Origin: Yuukianura sp. NJ FZ-2021
Taxonomy: Eukaryota
Assembly: GCA_046563655.1 (NCBI GenBank)
Contig: CM102289.1
Location: forward strand, 6,386,001 to 6,450,000
DNA length: 64,000 nucleotides
Reading direction: 5' to 3'
Shown here: piece by piece, positions 12,401 to 26,208 of the stretch
Numbering within the stretch: position 1 is the first letter of the stretch
How the letters are laid out: every line of letters starts with the position of its first letter
Made by a program: the position numbers and the translations under genes
Notes under the pieces: model-generated
The model's input: only the letters and a program-made list of their open reading frames with translations
Databases searched by the model: none
Told to the model about the DNA's origin: nothing

Positions 12401-14534
12401 TTACTTTTCACGCTGAGTCACAATAGCGTCGTAAGGCATAGCATATAAACTAATACCCATTTGCGGTTCCAAATTCGGTTTGGCTCCGGGCGGGAGGGAA
12501 AATTTAAATTTTTGAATCAAAGTTGTAATGAAAATGAAGAGGCTATCCCGACCCACGACTTCACCAAAACATATCCTTTTTCCTACAAAAATTAAACAAA
12601 AACCTACTTTTAAGATAGAAAAAGATTGAGGTTGCGTGTTTGCCGTGCTTATAACATTCTGTACTGACCTGTACCAAAACCAAGATAGACTATTTCCTGT
12701 TTCGTAGGGTCAATGTTTCCCTGGAGGTCAATAAACCTTTCAGGTCGAAATACATGTGGGTCGCCCCATGTTTCTTCATCAAAGAAAATACTGTGGATGT
12801 TGAACATCAAAATTGTCCCCTAGAATATTCAAATACATTCTTAAAAAAAGTAAATCGTTTGGTTCCAAACTTTTTGTTTTACTTTTTTGAAATGAAAGTC
12901 TCGATATGAAAAATCTTGCATTGTTTTTCTTGGTACACCCAGCACAAGAACCAGAGTCCAACGAATTCCTTCCAGAATTACAGCTTGAGTAAATGGCATC
13001 CTAAAATCAAAAATAAAAATAAGTTTAACATTTTGAAAAATGAGAAACAAAGTGACGGTAATTTTCTTAAAAAATGTCAATTCCTCTGCTTGTCTTCCAG
13101 TTGCGGTAACCGATTGTTTCCAATTACAGTTGATATTTCTTGAAAAACTTTCTCTTGAATTTTTTGGTTAGCAACAATATGCAGTAATGTCATATTTAAG
13201 ACATTACTTGCTGTGTCCGATCCGGCTTGTAAAATATCAGAGTGCAGAATTGCAAAATGTTTTTCTGAAAAAAAAATTACTCTTTTTTAAACTTTTTTAC
13301 CTCAAAAAGTTTGAGTAAAGACTGAAAAGGTTTTCTGTTTTAGAAATACCTGTGTATAATGGATTTGCCTTTTGAGAATCCTCATCCATTTTTTGCAAAA
13401 AGTAGTCCGTAAAACAAGTTGGATTAGAATTGTAGTCACCTTTTTGTCTTCTTTCCTCCAAAAACCTCTAAAGAAGCTTAAAAAACTTACACAAACATTG
13501 ATATTTTTTTAAATAACAATTATTTTTTCACCAATCCGATCTCCTGGAATCCGCGCATTCCTCTCATTTGAATATCATATCCCAACAATTTTGGAATGAT
13601 GAATCTAAGGAACGGATAAGCCATAATAATTCCAGCACCAACGGCTCCATTTTTTACTAAATCGTGTTCATGTTTGAGAAGATTTTGAAAGTCGCTGTCG
13701 TCGTAGTTGTATCTTTTCCCCATAATCCATGTTGACATTAAGTTTAGATAAGGTCGATTCATACCGTCGGAAGCAAAGTGGAATTTACGTTCTGGATTTG
13801 AATTAATTTCAATTTCCATAAATTTTATGAATTCTGTGATTTCATCGAGGAGCATATTGCACATGATTGCGCGATTTCCGTAACCGTATATTTTCATCGT
13901 ATCTCGACAAAACAGTCGTGTTTCGTCACATTCCGGTCCTTCAGAAAGCACAAAGCCTAAAACAAAACATCGAGCTCTAGATTATGGCTTAGCTTTTGTT
14001 GATGAGTTATGTTCAGCTCCTTGATTTCATTTTACCAAGTCGTTGTTGGCCGAAATTTCTGTCAAAAAGAATCCCACTGCAGTCTCTTCCCGCAGCTTCT
14101 TCTTTTGTAAAAACTTGCCTTGTTGCTTCAATAGATGTAAATACAACTACCGGAAAAAATTTGCAAACGCATTTGACTCGTCCAGTTTTGAAACTAGAAA
14201 ATTGCAATGTTGGAGTATTGTATATGAAAATACTGACCTGCTTCAATCAGTCCCATCTTTATGCTCATGATACTTCCATGCTTTTTTGACAACTCGTGAA
14301 GAGCAACGTAAGCATCCTTAGCTTGCAGTCCCATTTGAATCAAATTTCCAAATGGCGGAATTCGAAGTGGACCTTGGACCAAAAAGTAGAAGAATTTTTT
14401 GAGTTTATGAAAAACTTTATGAATTAATGGAAAAGAAATTTACCCGGAGGTCGTCCTGTTGTTCTTGTAAAATTTTCCAAATAGAACCACAAAATGTAAA
14501 GCAGAATTACACAGATGAGGATTTGAACCAACAT
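12401..14534 (-). CDS. Cytochrome P450 no.2 (CYP2-clan-like)
   Basis: Starts MLVQILICVILLYILWFY..RPPG|PLRIPPFGNL. I-helix QAGSDT, K-helix EGIR, FRPERF, heme motif FGT|GKRICFGE. Ends YDAIVTQREK*. Nine exons. Confidence 0.92.
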
Positions 14535-15134
14535 TTTGTTGCTAATAAACCTAGAATAAAACAAGCGCAGAAAAGTTGGTTTGGCGAACTTTTAAATACT
14601 TTCTGTTACAAAATATTGTCAAGGTTGGTCTAAGGTTGTAAGTGAATAAACAGCAAGAGGAACTTGTTCGTCTTTGTGGTTGTTAAAAACTAGTTTGACG
14701 AAATATCACAGAATTACTTTTCCATCTTGTGCACAAACTGGAAAACCAACACTTTTGTGCAACTTGCTGCGCCTTCGTAACTGCTTGTGGAAACTTTGGA
14801 ACTTTGCACTCCGCAAGCCCAATTATGGTTTATCCCATTAAACAAGGGTGGAATTTTTTATTATTTCGATTTTAGAATTATATTTTTTTTCTCCCGAGGT
14901 TACAATAGGTTCGTAATGCGCAGCAACTTTCTACTGAACTAACAATATTTCAAAAGCCCAAGTTGCTAAAGTCAATAACTGGTTGCAGCAAGTTCAGCTT
15001 TGTGGTCGGTAAAACTGGTACAAAAATATCATAGGAGATCTTACAATTGAAATTATTAGTAAACTACTTGAGTTGTTTGTAGGAGTAAATTAGACTTTCA
15101 GTTCAACTAATCATTGTATTTTTAAATCGGGTAT

Positions 15135-18100
15135 TTATTTTTCTCGCACGGTAATAATAGCGTCGTAAGCTTTAGTATATGAAGTTAATCCCATTTGCGG
15201 TTCCAAATTTGGTTTGGCTCCAGGCGGAAGAGAAAATTTGAATTTTTGAACCAAAGTTGTAAGAAAAATGAAGAGACTATCTCGACCCAGGGCTTCACCA
15301 AAACACACTCGTTTTCCTGTGAAAATTCATTTTCGCAAAAATTTCAAAATTTTAAGTGTTTTACTCATATTGTAATATAAGTACACCAACCAGCTCCAAA
15401 GACAAGAGAAACTATGTCTTGTTTTTTGTTGTCAATGTTTCCTTGCAGGTCAATGAATCGTTCCGGTCGAAATACATGTGGGTCACCCCAAGTGTCCTCA
15501 TCAAAGAAAATACTGTGATTGTTCAGCATTATCATTGTTCCCTAAAATGTTCAAATATACTTCTCTTAAAGTAAACCAAAGTCTAAAGTTTAAAGTTTTC
15601 GTTTTACCTTTTTGATAACAAAGTTTCGATAGGAGAAATCCTTCAACGTTTTTCGTGGTGACCCGAGAGCCAGAACACGAACCCATCGCAGTCCTTCTAA
15701 AATTACAGCTTGGGTAAACACCATTCTAGAAACAAAGTTGAGCAAAAGTTGAAACACGTTGGAAAGATGGTTTTCTACAGATGCCTAAAAGCATTTTAAA
15801 GTAAAATATGAAACAGAAGGATGTATGAAATTTGAATTGCAACCTGAATTTGTCTTCAATTGACGGTAAACGATAATTCCCAATCACAGTTGAAACTTCT
15901 TGAAAAACTTTTTCTTGAATATGCTCAAAAGCAACGAGATGAAGAAGAGTCATACTCAAAACATTGCTAGCGGTATCCGTTCCGCCTTGTAGCATGTCAG
16001 AAAATATAACTGCATAATGGTCTTCTAAAAATCATAAATCCCCAATCACTTTCATATTTTTAGTCTTCTGGAGACGCACGTCTACGACGTGCTGAAGAAG
16101 ACTATTGATACGACTTTGTCTGTCTGTCCGTAACGTTTTTTAGGACCCATTCCACTGAAACATTAGCCCCATCGCAGTCGGGGGGTTATTTATAGCTCAA
16201 GTTTTTTCATTACCTCTACATTGCACTCAAACTCGTACATTAACAACGTAGAAATGGGCGGCTACTTTACGTACCCGCAGTATCGTGGCTCCGCATTGCT
16301 GTTTTGGTTTCGATTGCACTCAAAGTATTTGTAAACATCGCAGTTTTGATCTGCTCATTTTCTGGCAGTATGTTTAATTACGTTGTTAAATTAAGACTTA
16401 TCAGAGGGTGGAAAATCCGGCTTAAATGTTTAATATGTGAATAGTGCATAGCATGGGTCAAAATTGCATTTTACTAGAAATTTACATTATTTCGATTTTC
16501 ACAATCGATATTCGACCCTTATCTATTATCTTCGGGTATTTTGATTTTAAAGAAACGATATTGGACCCCTACCCCACAACGTACAATTTTGTGCATGATG
16601 CACACAATTGAAGGTTTGTGCAGGTTTGACAACTACCTTTAGCATTGCCATGACAACATCGACAATACATTATGTGCATCTTCCTCAACAAATGAAGAAC
16701 ATGAATCAAGAACGATGTTCGACCAACTTCTTCTTAACTTTCAATTTTGTGCATTTTGTGCACACCAAATTAACAACATCAATTCAATGCAGATATTTTG
16801 GGCCTCAAAACTTTAACATGATTTTGGTTCAATTTAACGGTAAAATTGCCAAGACAATTTTGATGCAACTCATGCACAAAATAGGATCTCATATTCCCGC
16901 TGAAAATTTTCAACGACGTTTTAGAGCTTCAATTCCATGAAAACTGTTTCTCAGTTTGTCCACAGTTTTGCGGGAGGCCGGTCTAAATGTCGTATCAATT
17001 GTCAACTCCCTCCAGAAGACCTATGCTCAACCCTTGAGCATCGCCCTACCTTGTTTTTTCATTAAATATCTAATGTAAAATTGACAATACATAAATAAGC
17101 ACTCAATTTACCCGTATACAATGGATTTGCTTTTTGAGAGTCCTCATCCATTTTCTGCAAAAAGTTGTCCGTAAAACATGTCGGGTCGACGTTGTAGTCT
17201 CCTTTTTTCCGCTCGTGCAAAATCCTCTACACCAAAATATTTTCGTTTACAAATTGTATTAATAACCAAAATTAATTGTACAAAAAAAAAACCTTTTGTT
17301 TTACACGGTGTGACCTTACCAATCCTACGGCCTGCATTTCCCGCATTCCCTTAATTAGCGTATCGTATCCCAACCACTTCGGGAAGACGAACCGGAGGAA
17401 TGGATAAGCCACCATAATTCCAGCCCCAATGGCTCCATTTCTCATAAAATCGTGGTCGGAATTCAGAATTTCTAGAAATTCACTGTCTTCGTAGTTGTAC
17501 CTTTTGCCCACCATCAATGCTGACATAATGTTGAGATAAGCTCCATTAAAAAACGCAGAACCAAAGTGAACTTTCCGTTCTGGATTTGATTTGGATTCAT
17601 TTTCCATCAATTTCATTAATTCCGTAATTTCATCTAGAAGCATATTTTGCATGACTGCACGACTTCCGTATCCATACATATTGAACGTTTCTTTACAAAA
17701 TCGTCGTGTTTCGTCATTTTTAGGTCCTTCGGAATAAGCGATACCTAAGAAAAGCCAGAATTAAGATGAATTTGTTGTGTGGTATTCTCAATGAGTACGT
17801 TAAAGTGAAGTAGGCTACGGTTCACTTGGTTTAGATTTACCAATATCCTCATGTCCAAGGTTCCTGTCGAGGAGTATCCCAGTACAGTCGCGTCCAGCGG
17901 TTTCATCTTTTGAAAGGATTTGTCTTCCCGCCTCAACCGATGAAAGTACAACTACAGTAAAAGAAAATTCAAGCTTACATGACCCACACAAGGCTTAGAA
18001 TACAAAAATACAGATGAATTTTTGATTGTACATATTCCATTATACTGTTGTACCTGTCTCAATTAGCCCCATTTTTATGCTCATGACATCTCCATACTTT

Positions 18101-18369
18101 TTTGACAACTTGTGCAACGCAATATGAGCAAGGTTGTCCGCTAGTCCGATTTGAATCAAATTTCCAAACGGTGGAATTCGAAGTGGACCTTTATAAAGGT
18201 TTTAAATATTATTTAATTAAAAAGTTATATTTCTTAAAACATTGCTTGATGAAGTAGTAAAACACGAAAGTTTACCGGGAGGTCGTCCGTTTTTTCTCGC
18301 AAAATTTTGGAAATAAAACCAAACAATGTAAAGTAGAATGAGAGAAATGACAAAGATTTGGAAGAGCAT
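15135..18369 (-). CDS. Cytochrome P450 no.3 (CYP2-clan-like), with a ~1 kb insertion in intron 5
   Basis: Starts MLFQIFVISLILLYIVWFY. Motifs QGGTDT, EGLR, FRPERF and FGA|GKRVCFGE. Ends IITVREK*. Confidence 0.92.
16057..17058 (+). mobile_element. Helentron-associated non-autonomous element (HINE / DINE-1-like)
   Basis: Flanked by T-runs. 11-bp sub-terminal IR gtcttctggag (16063-73) / ctccagaagac (17010-20). A partial IR (gaagacta) and hairpin gcacgtc-tac-gacgtgc sit next to the 5' subTIR. There is a GTCY microsatellite at ~16117-30 and a 3' stem-loop atgctcaa-ccc-ttgagcat (17023-41). Absent from the same intron of paralog no.6. Confidence 0.8.
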
Positions 18370-18785
18370 TGTGACTTTTTGGCGTAGATCAAATGGAATA
18401 AACGCAGATTGCAAAGTTCGGTTGCAAGTTGCTGCAAATAGTAACTAAAAACTTTTTTCCAAGGTTACGACAACGCTATGATTACATATACAGGATTCAA
18501 TTAAAATGAAGCTAACAACTGGACCAGCGCTGCGGTTGCTAAAACCGGTTTGATGAATTTATGTAAAATTAGGATTTCTCCGAATTTTGCTGAAAGTGGA
18601 AAAACGGACTCTACACTTTCGTTATTGCGCATTAGTGTAATAAGTATAAAAGTCTTTAATTTTTTTACATCGTTAAGCCGACCTACTTGATTAACTAGTT
18701 TGATTTGGTTGGTCTATGTAAGATATTTGGAGCAGGTTTTACATTGCATTGAAATTGAGGAAGTTTTCTTAACTAACTATTTTAA

Positions 18786-18950
18786 TTAGCCTCGAAGAGT
18801 TAGCATAAAGCGTAAACAAATAAATCTATTCCAATATGCCGCGCCTTGAGTTTCAGCGCTCCTTTGTACGAGAGGGAAAATTTGAATTTTGGAACAGTGA
18901 TTGTAATAAAAGTGAAAAAAGCACAGCCATTTTTTTGAAAAAGCAAGTCC
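18786..18950 (-). pseudogene. Degenerate P450 terminal-exon relic
   Basis: Translates FFTFITITVPKFKFSL..., resembling the paralogs' LFIFITALIQKFKFSLPPG. The heme-Cys motif and upstream exons are not recognisable. Confidence 0.65.
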
Positions 18951-19360
18951 GAATAAAAGATTTCGAAAAATTTTGCGGTCACGTAATTTACTCATCAGGA
19001 AACTGGGAAATACGACTTTGACTTGTTCAAAAATATTAGTAATAAAGTTTTTAATGCGAACATTGCATTGAAGAAAGTTTCAAAGAAATTAAGGTTTACC
19101 CGTATTACAATATAAGTTAAACAAAATGATTACAAAGCGTAGTGAAACGCTATTTGCTTAAATTGTATCTGCTGTATTTTGACAAAATCAAAAAAGAAAA
19201 ACTAAAATTTCAAAATAATGCGAATACAAATGTAGTCTGTAAAGTTCATTTATTTTTGAGTATTTTTTTATTTGAGAGAAAGAGTAATTAAAGTATTGCT
19301 CGATAGTGTCAATTTTTAACAGTGAACACGTTTGACTCCAAAAATATTTTACGTTGATTA

Positions 19361-21521
19361 CTATTTTTCTCGTGGTGTAACAATACCATCGTAGGGGGCA
19401 GTGTATAAAGTTAGACCAACGCACGGTTCCATGTTTGGTTTGACTCCAGGCGGGAGGGAGAATTTAAATTTTTGAATTAAAGCTGTGATAAAAATAAAAA
19501 CGCTGTCTCGACCTAGTACATCACCAAGACACATCCGTTTTCCTATACACGAAAATCGAAATTTTTAAAGTGTTTTTTTTTCGTAGGCGTTACTACACTG
19601 ACCTGTTCCAAAAGCAAGAGACATTATTTCTTGTTTCTTGGGGTCAATGTTTCCTTGGAGGTCAATAAACCGTTCAGGTCGGAATACATTTGGATCACCC
19701 CATGTTTCTTCATCAAAGAAAATACTTTGCATATTATAAATCAGAATCGTTCCCTGAAACATTAAACAAAATTTGCAGTAGTGAAATATATTCAAACTTT
19801 GAATAAATTTCATTCTCCTAATCACTTTTTTAACAAAATAATCTCGATAGTAAAAGTCCTTAATTGTTTTGCGTGGAACGCCTAGAACAACAACGCGCGA
19901 CCAACGAAGTCCTTCCAAAATTACAGCTTGAGTGTATGGCATCCTAAGGACATAAATATAGAAAACATTAATAAATTTCAAACCTGAAAAAATAAATTTC
20001 ATTAGAAAAATTTTGGTGCAACCTGAGCCTATCCTCAGTTTGCGGTAAGCGAGAATTCCCAATTACATTTGAAATTTCTTGGAAAACTTTTTCTTGAATT
20101 TCATCGTTGGCCGCAAGTTGTAGTAAAGTGAAATTTAGTACATTGCTTGATGTGTCCGTTCCAGCTTGCATCAGATCAGTAAATACAACGCAGAAATGTT
20201 TTTCTAAAATTCAATTGTTTTTAACCCAAACGTTAAATTTACGTTTTTTTTTCAAATTAGAAACAAGTTACCAGTATACAATGGCTCAGCCTTTCCAGAG
20301 TCCTCGTCCATTTTCTGCAAAAAGTTGTCTGCAAAACAAGTGGGATGTAGTTTGTAATTTCCTTTTCTTCTTTCTTGCAACAGATTCTGGAAAAAGGGAA
20401 AAGTACACAACAAGTATTTAAAAAATTATGAAAAAAATCTTTCTTTTTTTTGTTGTAAAAATCGGTTTAACCTTGGCATAATTGTAGTAACCCCAAGTTC
20501 CTTTCATTTGCATATTGTATCCTAACGCTTCTGGAAAAACGAATCTGAGAAATGGATAAGCCAGCATAAGGCCAGCACCAAGAGCTCCTCCTTTTATAAC
20601 ATCGTGTTCATATTGAAGAAGTTGTTGAAATTCGGGGTCATTATAACTAAACCGTTTGTCCATCATCCATCTTGTGGTAATGTTTAGAGATGCAGGATTG
20701 AAGAATTCAGAACCAAAGTGGACTTTGTTTTCTGGATTTGATTTGGATTCATCTTCTATGAACTTCATGAAATCAATTACTTCATCTAGAAGCAAATTGC
20801 ACAAGATTTCACGATTTCCGTATCCGTATGATTTTAGCGTATCTCTAAAAAAGCGTCGTGTTTCGTCATTTGGTGGTCCCTCGGATATCACAATACCTAA
20901 AAACAAAGCCAAAGTACTGAGATTAGGTTTATTAAATGGAAAATTAAACTACTGAAAGTCTACTTATTAAAAGTTAATGTGTCGTTATGAATAAATTAAA
21001 AATAAAAATCTAAACACATCGTTTACATACCGATTCCTTGTTGGTTAAAATTCCTATCCAAAAGAAAACCAGAACACTCCCGCCCCGAGGTTTCCTCTTT
21101 TGCAAATACTTGCTTTACGGATTCATAAGATGAAAATACCACTAAATAATTAACAAAACAAAATTTTGACAAGGAAAATATAGTGTAGAAGTTGTTAAAA
21201 GTTGGTTATGAATTAAAACGAACGTGCATCAAGCAGTCCCATTTTTATGCTCATGACGTCTCCATACTTTTTTGCCAACTTATGTAAAGCATAGTGACCA
21301 ACGCTATCTTCTAGTCCCATTTGAATCAAGGTTCCAAATGGTGGAATTCGAAGTGGCCCTATGACAAAGAAAGTGAACATTTTCATTTTTTATTTGTTAG
21401 ATCTAATTTGAATTGAAGAAAATTTACCCGGTGGTTGTCCATCTCTGTTATGAAAATTTTCAACGTAAAACCACAAAATGTAAAGTAGAACTGCAGAAAT
21501 CGCACAAATTTGGAACAACAT
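19361..21521 (-). CDS. Cytochrome P450 no.4 (CYP2-clan-like)
   Basis: Starts MLFQICAISAVLLYILWFY. Motifs QAGTDT, EGLR, FRPERF and FGT|GKRMCLGD. Ends YDGIVTPREK*. Confidence 0.92.
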
Positions 21522-21565
21522 CGTGACTGATGAGTAGAATTTAATGAAAACAGCTCTATATCTAA

Positions 21566-22592
21566 AGGTTCCCGCACACTGGACGGCGCCGACTGTCGGC
21601 GGCTGTCTGCTCTACTTTTTCTGTTCACTTTGCTATAGCACACCAGAAAAAGTAGCCGCCGAACTTTTTCTTCCCGTCGAAGAGGAAAGAAAAAGTTCGT
21701 CTCACTTTCATCTTTCTACACCGCACACCGAGATTCGGTGTCGGCTCCACTTTTTCTGCAGACAAAAGTGAAACGAAAGTTTTCGGTTCACTTTTGGCGC
21801 AGAGTATGGCACACCGATTGAGAAAACTTTCGGCGGCCAAAATTTTGTCTTTCCGGAAAGTTCAAAAAGTTGAACTTTCCGAGCCGAAAATATTCGGCGC
21901 CAGTTTTTTCCCTATGGCACACTGCACTTTCTGATCAGAAAGTGCAGTTTGCAAACAACATCAGCTGTTAAATCTAAATTAATTTGTTTAGTATCATTCA
22001 AAGTGAATGATACGTTCTGTTGTTAACAGAAAACAATTTCTATGCTTATTTAATAGGGTCACAGTACCCTGTGTGTGAATTAACGTTAACTACAACACTC
22101 AATTAATTAAGCCTGTTTAGCATGTGTTGTTCCTGTTTTATACCAAATGCTGCTTACCACTATCTTGACCTAGCCCATACAGTGATCGCAGACGCACGTG
22201 GTGATACTGGAACAGCTACGACATAACATAATCTACAACTAATCATCAATTTAACACTGCTGATTACTATTGAGTTAAGAATATGAACCAATTATCAAGC
22301 ACATATTTGAAAAATAGAGAATGGCGCCATTCTATGTTTACATGTTCTGATCAGTTCGAATTCCTATGGCACACCAGCTGAAACGACAAAGTAGAGCAGA
22401 AAGTTAGTCGTACCATTAAGTCCAGTGTGCCGGGTTGAAAGAAAAAGTGAAGCAGAAAAAATGGAGCCCCTGCGCCGTCGGCTCCATTTCTTCTTTCGAC
22501 TCAGTTTTGGTGTGCCGGGTAGAAAGAACAAATGGAGCAGAAGCCGCTGGGATTCCAATTGTTCGTTTCACTTTTTTGGTGGGCGGTAAGCT
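21566..22592. mobile_element. PIF/Harbinger (Tourist-like) non-autonomous element
   Basis: Imperfect TIRs aggttcccgcacac / gtgggcggtaagct with TAA on both sides (21563-65, 22593-95). The sub-terminal motif tatggcacac / gtgtgccggg recurs. There is an internal palindrome actgcactttctgatcagaaagtgcagt (21921-48). The ends are more GC-rich than the flanks. Confidence 0.72.
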
Positions 22593-23075
22593 TAAGTGTG
22601 AAGTCTTAAATATTCAACGCAAAAAGATACGTTCAAGGCCGCTACAGCGATAGGGCAATAGATAGCAACACAAAGAACCTAACCCGGCTTTTTAACTTTG
22701 TGGTTGCAAAAAAAACCAGTTTCACAAAATTGTGTAATTTTAAGTTTCCGCGAATCGGACGCTTTTTTTTTCGCTGTATCTGCTGTGGCTGTGCTTTTAA
22801 CTATAATACTACCTAAACTTAAACTTACGATGACACCATCGATGGATTCCACAAACTCCTCATATTTGTGTATAGTAACTCGACGCCTTTGGGAAAATGA
22901 ATAGGAGAAATGGATATTGCATAGTATAGTAGTAGGCTAGAAATAGTTGTCACTGTAATACTATTATAAATGTTTATAAATGGTAGCTGGATCTGTTGTG
23001 AGCAAAAGATATAAGCTTTTTGTACAATCTACAGGATTTAAAGTTAAACATTAAAGTGAATGAAAAGCTAGACTT

Positions 23076-25241
23076 TTATTTTTCTCGAAGCGTAACAATC
23101 GCATCGTAAGGGCCAGCATACAAAGCCAAACCAATTCGCGGCTCCACGTTTGGTATGGCTCCGGGCGGGAGGGAAAATTTAAATTTTTGAATCAAAGCTG
23201 TAATAAAGATAAATAGGCTATCCCTGCCCAGGACTTCTCCAAAACATATCCTTTTTCCTGCAAGAATTCCGAAAAAAAAAATCGATTTCGAAAGAAAGCG
23301 ATTACAGATTTGTGAAATAGTACACTGACCTGTTCCAAAAGCAAGAGACACTATTTCTTGTTTCTTGGGGTCAATGTTTCCTTGGAGGTCAATGAACCGT
23401 TCAGGTCGGAATAGATTTGGATCACCCCATGTCTCTTCATCAAAGAAAATACTGTGGGTGTTCATCATCAATATTGTGCCCTAGAGTATTCAAACATTTG
23501 GAAACGTGGAAAAATTTCAATAGTTTTTTTTCTAACTTTTTTGATAAAATAGTTTCGGTAGGAAAAATCGTTCATTGCTTTTCTAGGAACTCCAAACACT
23601 GCAACTCGTGCCCAACGAAGTCCTTCCAAAATTACAGCTTGGGTGTACTTCATTCTGATAGAAACGAGTAAAAATAAAAAATATCAAAAAATCTTAAAAT
23701 AATTTTTATTTTAAAAATGTTTTGCAAAATCAGAATTGCAACCTGAGTTTGTCCTCAATTTGTGGCAAACGGTAACTTCCAACCACAGAAGAAATTTCTT
23801 GAAAGACCTTCTCTTGTATGCCTTCATTGACAACAAGATGAAGAAGAGTAAAATTTAGAACATTGCTAACTGTATCAGTTCCAGCTTGTAGAAGATCAGT
23901 AAATAGAACGGCAAAGTGTTTTTCTAAAAGAAACATTTTTTGTGAAATCATTCTTCTATTTAAAATTTCACGTTTTCAATTAAATAAGTGTTAAGGATTG
24001 ATAAACATTCACCCGTATACAATGGGTTTGTCGTTTGAGAGTCCTCGTCCATTTTCTGCAAAAAATTGTCTGTGAAACAATATGGATGCAACCGGTAATC
24101 TTCCTTTCTTCTTTCTTCCAAAAACCTCTGAAATCCAAATTTTACAAAATTTCACAAAAAATTGGAAAGTTCTTTTCCTTTGAAAATTATTATTGTACCT
24201 TGCCGGTATCGTGGAAACCGCGTGCTCCTCTCATTTGTAAATCATATCCTAACCATTTTGGGAAAATGTGTCTAAGAAACGGGTACGCCATCATAACTCC
24301 AGCTCCATATGCAACCCCATTTTTTACAACATCTCGTTCATGTTCAAGGAGTATTTGAAATTGGCGGTCATCGGGACTGAACCTTTTGCCCATCATCCAT
24401 GTTGACATGATATTTAGAAAGCTGCCACTGAAGTACTCCGAAGGGAAATGAACTTTGTTGGCTGAATTTGAAGTTGCCTCATTTTCAATCAATTTTGTCA
24501 ATTCTGTCACTTCGTCTAGGAGCATGTTGCGCATGACTTCGCGATTCCCGTATCCGTATACTTTGAGCGTATCTCTACAAAAACGTCGCGTTTCATCATT
24601 TGGAGGGCCCTCGGAAAATATAAGTCCTATACGATGTCAGATAAGAAGACCAGGATTAATTCTTTTGTAAACTCAGTTTTGGTTAAGACAGTTTTAGTTT
24701 GAATTTCTTTTGGTTTAGATTTACCAATTCCTTGTTGTCCAAAATTCCTGTCCAATATAAAACCAGAGCACAGCCGTCCAGCCGCTTCCTCTTTTGAAAG
24801 GACTTGTTTTGCAGTTTCGAAAGATGAAAATATTACTAAAAGTATCAAAACATAATTCAAAAATCGAAAAATACAGTTGTAGTCGATCATTATTAACAGA
24901 CTTGTATCAAGTAGCCCCATTTTTATGCTCATGACATCTCCATACTTTTTAGCCAACTTGTTCAATGCAATATGTGCAACTTTGTCTTCTAGTGCGATTT
25001 GAATCAAGTTTCCAAATGGCGGAATACGAAGTGGACCTGAACCAAATAAAATTTGACACAGTATTTCTAAAGATAATTTTTACGAACTATAGTTCTCTGA
25101 ATTCATAAACACTTTCCAAAAGAGAAAAAATCAACAAGCAGCAAAATTACCTGGAGCATGTTTGCCATTCCCAAAATTTTCAAAGTAAAACCATAAAATA
25201 TATAGTAAAACAAGCAAAACGAAAATAGTTTGCAAAAACAT
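23076..25241 (-). CDS. Cytochrome P450 no.5 (CYP2-clan-like)
   Basis: Starts MFLQTIFVLLVLLYILWFY. Motifs QAGTDT, EGLR, FRPERF and GKRICFGE. Ends YDAIVTLREK*. Confidence 0.92.
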
Positions 25242-26208
25242 CGTCTCCGATCTCCACGGGAGAAAATCCACAACTGAAGTTACCAAATTGCAATGCAAGG
25301 TCAAGTGGAAATTATTTAGCCAAATGACTAGATAACACAAATTTTCATTTGATTTGGAAGTGATTGCTGCAGTTGCACTTTGAACAAAACAAGCTTTCTT
25401 GCCACGGCTGGCTGGCCGTCATGTGAAAGTTAATCATTTTTTAATCGAAGCATAATATCATTACTATTTGACTTTTTTTTTACAGTTTTTTTTATTAAAA
25501 ATTCAGTGATTTATTTATTTGTAGAGAAAAAATAAAAAAATTGTGGCGTTTTAAAAAGTGCAGCTCCTTCTAGTTATTTCTTGCAGTTTATTAGTTAGTT
25601 CTTCCAGTTTATTTTATGTTTTACAGCATACAGAATTGTAAACGCGTATACGACTTTACACATAAATTTTCCACAACATTTCGCCATTAACTCCACCAAT
25701 TTTTAATAAATTCAAACTTTTGTATATACAGATTGTATGATGGTCAAAATGGCGACGTAGGCATGCTTTATTATCTTTGTGGTTGTTGAGAACCAGGTTG
25801 ACGAAATATCACAGTTATTATTTCTCCAGGTTATGCACAAATTGGAAAACTAACTTAACTGCAACTGCGCTTCGAAGTTTTGGAACCTTGCATTTATTAC
25901 ACTTTGTCGTTAGATTTTAGAATTATATTTTTTCTCTCAAGGTGACAGGTCGAAGCTTCGCAAAGCGCTTCCTACTATAAACCAAATATATTTTACTATA
26001 ATCACATCCTATAATATAATCCTTTCAACTAAAAACATCGGCAAGGTATTTAAAAAGCTAGTCAATACATGTTTGTAGCAACTGGTTCAGCTTTGTGTTT
26101 GGTAGAGACTGGTAAAAGAAAATACCATAGGAGATCCTTTATACCATAGGAATAAATTAGATTTTCAATTCAACTAGGTATAATCAGTGTATTTTTAAAT
26201 CCAGATAT

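Larger units (their letters stand above)
2464..12750 (+). repeat. Head-to-tail tandem duplication: unit 1 2464-7448, unit 2 7449-12750
   Basis: Both units start gctggcgcgtgtagtttcttaacttcc (2464, 7449) and end ...aaacctttcaggtcgaaa (7448, 12750). Upstream DNA, exons and introns are collinear. Confidence 0.92.

Noticed and set aside
16608..16940. 110-aa ORF inside the HINE
   Set aside because: No Rep, helicase or transposase motifs, and a non-ATG start.
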